Assembly (NCBI GenBank): GCA_964035545.1 | Contig: OZ037770.1 | Location: 12,700,642-12,764,641 of the forward strand | DNA from: Bugula neritina | Taxonomy: Eukaryota > Animalia > Bryozoa | Reading direction: 5' to 3' | DNA length: 64,000 nucleotides | Shown: piece by piece, positions 55,001 to 64,000 of the stretch | How the letters are laid out: the number at the start of each line of letters is the position of its first letter | Position numbering within the stretch: position 1 is the stretch's first letter | Notes under the pieces: generated by a model | Told to the model about the DNA's origin: nothing | Seen by the model: only the letters and a program-made list of their open reading frames with translations | The model's database searches: none | Made by a program: the position numbers and the translations under genes

Positions 55001-58000
55001 CAGCTGGCTCCCATTGGGTAGAGTTGATCTGGTACTAAAATTTTAAGAATATTTTTGCTAGTTTATTTTAATTGCTTATTGTGCATTCAATTTAACTAAT
55101 TCAAAAGTTTTATGGGATTAAAAATTTTTTATCCAGTATGTTTAAATTAAATTCAGCTTAAAAATCTAATCACAAAAGTACGCAAACCAAAAACTTAAAA
55201 ATTTCTTGGACAACTAAAATACTTATTCAAATTAGTTTGCCTAATTATTTTAAGAACACATATATTTAAAAAAGAGATCAGTTCTTTTTAATTGCTTTTA
55301 TTTAGTCAATAGCATTTATATACATCTTTTGAAAATAATGTTGCGAATAATTTGTAAATAATATCCTAAGGCAGACAGACAAGAATTAGCCTTATTATGA
55401 TTGGTCAAAGTTCAACATCATGTGTTGTACTTTACGCCAGTGTGTGAATGCCTGTTGGCAAAATGTAACGGCAGCGCCATTTTGTTTGTGCTGTTACTCT
55501 TGCTAATAAAGTTGATTGTTACAGCATCAGCACGTTGACTAATCTGAAGGTATTAGACATGAGTAAAATTAACTTTTCTGCTGGTCTACCTGACATCTTC
55601 AGTTCTCTACTCTCTCTGGAAAAACTGACGTTGAACTGCTGTAGGTTAAAGACTCTCCCCAAGAGGTGAGCACACTTTACATTCTCTGCTATGCTACTTA
55701 TTGTTCTTCCTTTCATATATCAGCAAACCTAATCTCATTTCACACAACAGTTCAGCATGTCCTGTTTAGCACCTGATTTAGGCTGTTATATAGTGTGTGA
55801 GTAGTATAGGTGTGTGTTTAATATTTCTTGTTGGTTTGCATGTAATATTAAATGTTATTGTTTAAAAATATTGTAATAATATAAATTTCAATGTTATTTA
55901 GCTTGTGCTAATCTAATACTCTTGCTAATAAAGTTGATTGTTACAGCATCAGCAAGTTGACTAATCTGAAGGTATTAGACATGAGTAACAATAACTTTTC
56001 TGCTGGTCTACCTGACATCTTCAGTTCTCTACTCTTTCTGGAAGAACTGATATTGGGCTACTGTAGGTTACAGACTCTCCCCAAGAGGTGAGCACACTTT
56101 ACATTATCTGCTATGCTACTTATTGCACTTCCTTTCATATATCACCAAACCTAATCTCATTTCACACAACAGTTCAGCATGTCCTGTTTAGCACCTGATT
56201 TAGGCTTTTATATAGTGTGTGAGTAATATAGGTGTGTGTTTAATATTTCTTGTTGGTTTGCATGTAATATTCAATGTTATTGTTTAAAAATATTGTAATA
56301 ATACAAATTTCAATGTTATTTAGCTTGTGCTTATCTAATACTCTTGTTAATAAAATTGTTTGTTACAGCATCAGCACGTTGACTAATCTGAAGATATTGG
56401 ACATGAGTGAAAATAACTTTTCTGCTGGTCTACCTGACATCTTCAGTTCTCTACTCTCTCTGGAAGAACTGACGTTGAACTACTGTAGCTTACGAACTCT
56501 TCCCAAGAGGTGAGCACACTTTACATTCTCTGCTATGCTACTTATTGTACTTCCTTTCATATATCAGCAAACCTAATCTCATTTCACACAACAGTTCAGT
56601 ATGTCCTGTTCAGCACCTGATTTAGGCTTTAATATAGTTTGTGAGTAGTATAAGTGTGTGTTTAATATTTCTTGTTGGTTTGCATGTAATATTCAATGTT
56701 ATTGTTTAAAAATATTGTAATAATATAAATTTCAATGTTATTTAGCTTGTGCTAATCTAATACTCTTGCTAATAAAGTTGATTGTTACAGCATCAGCAAG
56801 TTGACTAATCTGAAGGTATTAGACATGGGTCACAATGACTTTTCTGCTGGTCTACCTGACATCTTCAGTTCTTTCCCCTCTCTGGAAAAATTAGACTTGT
56901 GTAGGTGTAAATTAAAAGCTCTCCCCACAAGGTACAGCTTTATCATAATATTCTATGCTACATTTCATATTTTTTCCTAAATCTTAGTTTCCTTATGATG
57001 TATAGCAATTTACTTTGATTTTGATTTTGAAAATACCTATAGATAATAAATATTATAACATACATAATGAGTTTTTTATATCAATTATTTATAAAGTTTA
57101 ATTATAGCTAGTAGCTGATATTAAATTGATCATCTTTCACAGTGGATATGATTCATATCCCCCTGTTCACACATTGTCTTCCCGTATGCCGTAATAGCAA
57201 ATGTCCGCCATCTTTGGTAACATCCGGGCTGATCAAGCAGTACTTGATTCGAAAAATCACAGCTGGCTCCCATTGGGTAGAGTTGATCTGGTACTAAAAT
57301 TTTAAGAACATTTTTGCTAGTTTATTTTAATTGCTTATTGTTGATTCAATTTAACCGATTCAAAAGTTTTATAGGATTAAAGATCTTTATCCAGTATGTT
57401 TAAATTAAATTTAGCTTAAAAATATAATCACAAAAGTACGCAAACCAAAAACTTAAAAATTATTTGGACAGCTAAAATATTTATTCAAATTAGTTTGCCT
57501 AATTATTTTAAGGACACATAGGCTATATTTGAAAAAGAGATCGTTTCTTTTTAATTGCTTTTATTTAGTCAATAGCGTTTATATACATCTTTTGAAAATA
57601 ATGTTGCGAATAGTTTGTGAATATTATCCTAAGGCGTACAATTCACCGCAGACAAGAATTAGCCTAATTATGATTGGTCGAAGCTCAACAACATCATGTG
57701 TTGTACTTTACGCCAGTGTGTGAACGCCTGTTGACAAAATGTGACGGCAGCGCCATTTTGTTTGTGCTGTTACTCTTGCTAATAAAGTTGATTGTTACAG
57801 CATCAGCACGTTGACTAATCTGAAGATATTGAACATGAGTGGAAATAACTTTTCTGCTGGTCTACCTGACATCTTCAGTTCTTTACTCTCTCTGGAAGAA
57901 TTGCATTTGAGAAGTTGTAGCTTACGGACTCTCCCCAAGAGGTGAAATACTTTTTATATTTTGCGCTATGCTACTTATTGCACTTCGTTTCATATATCAC

Positions 58001-60956
58001 CAAACCTAATCTCATTTCACACAACAGTTCAGTATGTCCTTTTTAGCACCTGATTTAGGCTTTTATATAGTTTGTGAGTAGTATAAGTGTGTGTTTAATA
58101 TTTCTTGTTGGTTTGCATGTAATATTCAATGTTAAATTGTTTAAAAATATTGTAATAATATAAATTTCAATGTTTTTTAGCTTGTGCTAATCTAATACTC
58201 TTGCTAATAAAATTGTTTGTTACAGCATCAGCAAGTTGACTAATCTGAAGATATTGAACATGAGTGAAAATAACTTTTCTGCTGGTCTACCTGACATCTT
58301 CAGTTCTCTACTCTTTCTGGAAGAACTGATGTTGAACTACTGTAGGTTAAAGACTCTCCCCAAGAGGTGAGCACACTTTACATTCTCTGCTATGCTACTT
58401 ATTGTACTTCCTTTCATATATCAGCAAACCTAATCTCATTTCACACAACAGTTCAGCATATGTCCTGTTTAGCACCTGATTTAGGCTTTTATATAGTTTG
58501 TGAGTAGTATAAGTGTGTGTTTAATATTTCTTGTTGGTTTGCATGTAATATTCAATGTTATTGTTTAAAAATATTGTAATAATATAAATTTCAATGTTAT
58601 TTAGCTTGTGCTAATCTAATACTCTTGCTAATAAAGTTGATTGTTACAGCATCAGCACGTTGACTAATCTGAAGATATTGAACATGAGTGAAAATAACTT
58701 TTCTGCTGGTCTACCTGACATCTTCAGTTCTCTACTCTTTCTGGAAGAACTGATATTGGGCTACTGTAGGTTACAGACTCTCCCCAAGAGGTGAGCACAC
58801 TTTACATTCTCTGCTATGCTACTTATTGTACTTCCTTTCATATATCAGCAAACCTAATCTCATTTCACACAACAGTTCAGTATGTCCTGTTCAGCACCTG
58901 ATTTAGGCTTTTATATAGTTTGTGAGTAGTATAAGTGTGTGTTTAATATTTCTTGTTGGTTTGCATGTAATATTCAATGTTGTTGTTTAAAAATATTGTA
59001 ATAATATAAATTTCAATGTTATTTAGCTTGTGCTAATCTAATACTCTTGCTAATAAAGTTGATTTTTACAGCATCAGCACGTTGACTAATCTGAAGGTAT
59101 TAGACATGAGTAAAAATAACTTTTCTGCTGGTCTACCTGACATCTTCAGTTCTCTACTCTCTCTGGAAAAACTGATATTGGGCTACTGTAGGTTACAGAC
59201 TCTCCCCAAGAGGTGAGCACACTTTACATTCTCTGCTATGCTACTTATTGTACTTCCTTTCATATATCAGCAAACCTAATCTCATTTCACACAACAGTTC
59301 AGTATGTCCTTTTTAGCACCTGATTTAGGCTTTTATATAGTTTGTGAGTAGTATAGGTGTGTGTTTAATATTTCTTGTTGGTTTGCATGTAATATTCAAT
59401 GTTATTGTTTAAAAATATTGTAATAATATAAATTTCAATGTTATTTAGCTTGTGCTAATCTAATACTCTTGCTAATAAAATTGTTTGTTACAGCATTTGT
59501 AATTTGACTAATCTGAAGGTATTAGACTTGAGGCACAATGACTTTTCTGCTGGTCTACCTGACATCTTCAGTTCTTTACTCTCTCTGGAAAAATTAGAGT
59601 TGTGTTGGTGTAAATTAAAAGCTGTCCCCACAAGTTACAGCTTTATCATAATATTCTATGCTACATTTCATATTTTTTCCTAAATCTTAGTTTCTTTATG
59701 ATGTATAGCAATTTACTTTGATTTTGAACTTAAAAATACCTATAGATAATAGATATTATAACATACATAATGACTTTTTTATATCAATTATTTATAAAGT
59801 TTAATTATAGCTAGTAGCTGATATTAAATTGATCATCTTTCACAGTGGATATGATTTATATCCCCCTGTTCACACATTGTCTTCCCGTATGCCGTAATAG
59901 CAAATGTCCGCCATCTTTGGTAACATCCGGGCTGATCAAGCAGTGCTTGATTCAAAAAATCACAGCTGGCTCCCATTGGGTAGAGTTGATCTGGTACTAA
60001 AATTTTAAGAATATTTTTGCTAGTTTATTTTAATTGCTTATTGTGCATTCAATTTAACTAATTCAAAAGTTTTATGGGATTAAAAATTTTTTATCCAGTA
60101 TGTTTAAATTAAATTCAGCTTAAAAATCTAATCACAAAAGTACGCAAACCAAAAACTTAAAAATTTCTTGGACAACTAAAATACTTATTCAAATTAGTTT
60201 GCCTAATTATTTTAAGAACACATATATTTAAAAAAGAGATCAGTTCTTTTTAATTGCTTTTATTTAGTCAATAGCATTTATATACATCTTTTGAAAATAA
60301 TGTTGCGAATAATTTGTAAATAATATCCTAAGGCAGACAGACAAGAATTAGCCTTATTATGATTGGTCAAAGTTCAACATCATGTGTTGTACTTTACGCC
60401 AGTGTGTGAATGCCTGTTGGCAAAATGTAACGGCAGCGCCATTTTGTTTGTGCTGTTACTCTTGCTAATAAAGTTGATTGTTACAGCATCAGCAAGTTGA
60501 CTAATCTGAAGGTATTAGACATGGGTCACAATGACTTTTCTGCTGGTGTACCTGACATCTTCAGTTCTGTACTTTCTCTGGAAGAACTGATATTGGGCTA
60601 CTGTAGCTTACGAACTCTTCCCAAGAGGTGAGCACACTTTACATTCTCTGCTATGCTACTTATTGTACTTCCTTTCATATATCAACAAACCTAATCTCAT
60701 TTCACACAACATTTCAGTATGTCCTGTTTATAAACGTAATATAAGCGTTAATGTTTCTGTTGATCGTTTCTTTATGCTAATCTAATGCCCTGACCCATTA
60801 ATTTGATTGTTACAGCATCAGCAAGTTGACTAATCTGAAGGTATTGGACATGGGTGGAAATCACTTTTCTGCTGGTCTACCTGACATCTTCAGTTCTCTC
60901 CCCTCTCTGGAAGAATTGAATTTGAGAAGTTGTAGTTTACGGACTCTCCCCAAGAG
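40001..60956 (+). CDS. Leucine-rich-repeat protein gene, 5' part, with a tandem array of 26 two-LRR cassette exons; probably intracellular (ROCO/MFHAS1-like or NLR-like); 3' exons not found in window
   Basis: Putative start exon 40001-40016 (CAACATGG context, MAGRE, phase 1, weak donor) and cap exon 40788-41010 (ends phase 2, GTGAGT donor). The 141-nt phase 2-2 exons start at 41135, 41559, 41981, 42750, 49387*, 49549, 50563, 50985, 51407, 51829, 52839, 53264, 53688, 54110, 54532*, 55525, 55947, 56369, 56791, 57801, 58226, 58650, 59072, 59494*, 60487 and 60816 (* = dead donor). Consensus is SISKLTNLKVLDMSxNxFSAGLPDIFSSLLSLEELxLxxCxLxTLPK. No signal peptide is seen. Confidence 0.85.
42157..42500. 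mobile_element. PIF/Harbinger-like MITE inserted in an LRR-array intron
   Basis: About 70-bp TIRs beginning GCCTAGGGCCACACTGTGCGTATTTTCGCATGCGAAAATTGAAA, with a TTA TSD (42154-42156 and 42501-42503). Sister introns show the empty site CTACTTATTG. Confidence 0.9.
43585..49213 (+). mobile_element. Full-length Ty3/Gypsy LTR retrotransposon, Gmr1-like domain order (gag-PR-IN-RT-RH), inactivated
   Basis: LTRs at 43585-44119 and 48678-49213 (TGTCAC...GTGACA; I count about 5 substitutions and 1 indel). 5-bp TSD TATCC, tRNA-Pro-like PBS (TGGGGCTGCTCCGGGA) just after 44119 and PPT AGAATGGGGGG before 48678. Confidence 0.95.
44215..48631 (+). pseudogene. Gypsy gag-pol polyprotein, disrupted
   Basis: CCHC knuckles (CFICKDKSHIARNC, CSHCMMNNHNTSDC), protease (MRDTGC), integrase (H..H..C..C zinc finger, AIDLVGP, SDQGTQF, NGLVEKFNGTLK, GPF), RT (CIDYRKLN, YIDDILV) and RNase H (LRTDASDVGLGAVL, TDHQPL). 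There is a frameshift in an A-run near 46580-46590 and in-frame stops at 47174-47176 and 48497-48499. The natural stop ends at 48631. Confidence 0.92.
50500..60490. repeat. Near-perfect 4,962-bp tandem duplication of nine LRR cassettes
   Basis: Identical ORFs are offset by 4,962 (50557/55519, 51312/56274, 52567/57529). I noticed only one difference by eye (53859 G versus 58821 A). Confidence 0.93.
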
Positions 60957-61415
60957 GTAAAACACAAAACACTTTTTATATTTTGCACTGTGCCACTTAT
61001 TGTACTTCCTTTTACCTATCAGCAAAGCTAATCCTATTTCAAACAACAGTTCAGTATGTTCTGTTTAGGCTTTTAGTGTGTGAGTAGTATAGGTGGGTGT
61101 TTAGTATTTACAGTATTGGTTTACATGTATATTTATACACAATCCTAATTCGTAGTCTTTGCAGTTTCTGTAATATGTTGTCATTTGCTTAGTTTTTCAA
61201 ATGTGTAAGTGCAGCCCGAAACTCAGTCATAGTCTTGTATATACTTGGATGCTTGTATGTGTACAACAACAAATTGTTTAATTACTAAAACAGAAAACCT
61301 GTAATGACTATTGGTTTAGCATATAATGTGACCTCACAGGTAAAATTGGTAAATCACACAGTACTATGTCTGTGGCATTAGGCAATACGGTTGTATAATG
61401 GACCCTTTTTTCTCT

Positions 61416-62930
61416 AGAGGCATTTATAATTTGAAGTTGTCTCCTTCCACCATGATGGAAAAAGTGTCATTAAATAGTAGAAATTTGAGGTTTGTGTGAA
61501 GACTGTTGCTAGTATGAGTTTCACTTTTTCTGTGAAAAGTATTTTGGTATAAGCACACATATTAGAAGTTTCAGAAGTTTTTCGAAAAATCTTTTTCTTG
61601 ATGATTTTGAAAATAATTAACTTCAAAGAATTTTTGGGGTCTTGATTATGCTGAAGCTGGCAGCTGTCATATAAATCCCACTAATCTTTTGTTTTGCTGG
61701 CTGTCACCATTATGTTTAGAGCTGTTAACCTTTTAACTCTTAGAATGCTCATTGTATACAACGCAGCCCTGGTTATTGCGTAGCTACAATAGTCAGCTCT
61801 GTCTTACTAAAATCTAATAGATCCAAGTTATGGGTTAGAACATGTGCCTGTAGATTATGAAGGCACTAGCCCATCTGTGTTAGCATGTTTACATACTTAC
61901 AAACCAATACTATGAAAATAACTATAAGGCTGCCCTACTATATAATATTTTTACTAAAAATATTATCACAAATATTATACGGATTTGTATTAAAATAAAT
62001 AGAGTAAATTTATGCTAATGAATGTAACACAAAGAGCTGAATGCTAACAGCTGGAAATAAATAGAAAAGTTTTCTGGGTTTTTTATTAAATTATCTAAAT
62101 GTGTTTATTATTTGAGCACAATTGTTACAATTGCAATAAATATGTAGCCTGTTCGCAAACTATTTGCTACCGTATTCCTAAATTTATGTGCTTCTTTTTA
62201 CGGGTCTCTAAATAATTTCATTGACTTGTAGGAATTCCATGTAAAGAAATGCTTTTAAAGCATATATACCTATTGTGTTTGGCATTTTTAGATTGGAATA
62301 TATTGTTTGATATTACAAATTTAATATATTTCTTTTAATATATATCTTCATAATATTTTTAGTAAAAATATTATATAGTAGGGCAGCCTTATATTTTTTT
62401 TCATAGTATTGGTTTGTAAGTATGTGAACATGCTAACACAGATGAGCTAGTGCCTTCATAATCTACAGGCATGTGTTCCAACCCATAACTTGGATCTATT
62501 AGATTTTAGTAAGACAGAGCTGACTATTGTAGCTACACGCAATAACCAGGGCTGCGTTGTACACTATGGGTATGTTAGTATTCTAAGAGTTGAAAGGTTA
62601 ACAGCTCTAACTAGAGTGGACAGCCAGCAATACAAAAGATTAGTGGGATTTATATGTCAGCTGCCAGCTTCAGCATTGCTCCATAACCACAACTACAAAA
62701 ATGGTTTAAATTTTTTTTTAAGTTATCAAGAAAAAGACTTTTTTAGATTTCTGAAACTGCTAATATGAGTGCTTGTGCCAAAATACTTTTCACAGAAAAA
62801 ATGAAACTCATGCTAGCAATAGTCTTCACACAAACCTCAAATTTTACTGATTTTATGTCAATTCTCTCCATCATGGAGACTCTTCCTTGTGCCTTGTGAG
62901 AGGAGACAACTTAAAATTATAAATGCCCCT
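61416..62930. mobile_element. Foldback-type / long-TIR non-autonomous element (arms ~61416-61966 and ~62350-62930)
   Basis: About 550-bp diverged inverted arms (for example GGCTGCCCTACTATATAATATTTTTACTAAAAATATTAT and its reverse complement; ACGCAGCCCTGGTTATTGCGT versus ACGCAATAACCAGGGCTGCGT) around a ~380-bp AT-rich spacer. No clear TSD. Confidence 0.75.
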
Positions 62931-64000
62931 GAAAGGATATGTGAAAAAAGTCTATTGCTTTTAGTGAATTGCTGTGAGTCTCCTTGTAGAATAATATTTA
63001 GTGGCAATAATTTAGGATCAATACGAGATCATTGGTTGACCAAATGACGTAGGTGTAGTAATGGAGAAAGTGGGAAAAGCTAGTGTTCTAGATTAATAGC
63101 TAATAGTATTCCTACCATTGTCAAATAACTTTATTCTAAATTCCTGTAGACATAATTACACAATTAGATTCCAACAGGCTGCATGTTTTAGTATATATAA
63201 AAAGAAGACATTTAAAAGGTGGTTTTTCCACTCTAATTCATATACATGTGTAAAATAATTTTATCTGTTGTGCCTTTGAGGGCCACATAAATGTAGGCTG
63301 GAGGCTACATCCGGCCCTGGCACCAACTGTTGGAAAGCCCTAGTCTGATCTAATGTTTTTGCATATCAAATTTTGTCTTGTATACACTATGCTTCCATTA
63401 ATTATTACATGATGCGAATGGATTTTTTCATTCGCCCTATTATGAAAATAGTTGCATCGAAGCAAAACCGCAGCCGGAAATTTAATCAAATAGCTCCTTC
63501 CAGTTATAGTTACAATTCAATGGCTCCTTTGATGAAAAATTTCTTACGCATTTTTTGATTGATATAGTAACTGGTCCTTTCATTAAATCAAATGAAACCT
63601 TTTGTGGCGGAGGCAGTGACCAGCGATTGTGTCTGCTAGTTACACAGATATTCGATGTAAACAATAATTACATACATGTTACATGCTAAAGTGCATTTCG
63701 TCTCATAACAACTTAAGTTATTTAATTGATTTTAGCTGCTATTATTTAAGATAGTTACCAACCATCTTAAATTTATAAAACTTTTCTACAAACCAAAGCA
63801 TTCCCAAGCTAAAAATAAATTGACAGCTATTTTCATTTTGAAAACATAAATTACTCTTAAGCTTTAGGCTACCAGTGGTTACACAATACTTTATTCCTTT
63901 ATTGGTTTGTGCTTTTTAATTTAAAACAAATTAATTCACATGCAGTGTGTGTATTTAATAAATTTAATCTAGCGAAAATGGGGGCAGAAGAGGTAAATGA

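Larger units (their letters stand above)
41108..61100 (+). repeat. Exon+intron tandem array (short unit ~422-425 bp, long MITE-bearing unit ~1.0 kb)
   Basis: The repeated acceptor CTCTTGCTAATAAAGTTGATTGTTACAG is followed by a 141-nt exon and either a ~281-284-nt intron starting GTGAGCACACTTTAC or a long intron starting GTACAGCTTTATC. Confidence 0.95.

Noticed and set aside
50557-57723. ORF-track entries 50557, 55519 (minus) and 51312, 52567, 56274, 57529 (plus) as standalone genes
   Set aside because: They are antisense or intron-extended readings of LRR exons, or chance ORFs in the MITE.
41011-60956. RSS-like recombination signals or Dscam-style docking/selector sequences
   Set aside because: I found no heptamer/nonamer pairs and no convincing complementarity between the first intron and the cassette acceptors by eye, and no recombinase or deaminase gene is in the window. 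A computational RNA-pairing scan would be needed.
41108-61100. CRISPR-like or satellite interpretation of the regular repeats
   Set aside because: The units are 420-1000 bp exon+intron duplicates with AG/GT boundaries and LRR coding. There are no short repeats with unique spacers and no cas genes, and the context is eukaryotic.
63240-64000. Possible hAT-like or other MITE ends near the window end
   Set aside because: No matching partner TIR or TSD could be established within the window.

Overview
AT-rich, intron-containing invertebrate animal genomic DNA (not prokaryotic). The left third (about 1-19 kb) is a rearranged, transposon-rich cluster of three intronless sulfotransferase-fold genes. 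It also holds a Harbinger-type MITE, an LTR-element remnant, an Academ-like element with 880-bp TIRs, a truncated BEL/Pao element and tRNA-derived SINEs, and it contains an inverted, circularly permuted duplication that also copied a piece of the neighbouring gene. The middle (about 22.8-35.2 kb, minus strand) holds a multi-exon SMCR8-like (folliculin/DENN family) gene and a small spliced gene with a C-terminal hydrophobic anchor. The right part (about 40-61 kb, plus strand) is the most interesting. It is the 5' part of a leucine-rich-repeat gene built from 26 tandem, symmetric (phase 2-2) 141-nt cassette exons, each coding two LRRs. Amino-acid variation is concentrated at the solvent-exposed LRR beta-strand positions, while the exon core and introns are near-invariant. 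Exon halves are mixed combinatorially, three cassettes have dead splice donors, nine cassettes are repeated in a near-perfect 4,962-bp tandem duplication, and a Gmr1-type Gypsy element (integrase before RT) is nested in a MITE inside one intron. The array looks like a diversifying, exon-shuffling LRR receptor locus and is a candidate invertebrate immune or recognition system. Its C-terminal exons were not found in the window.
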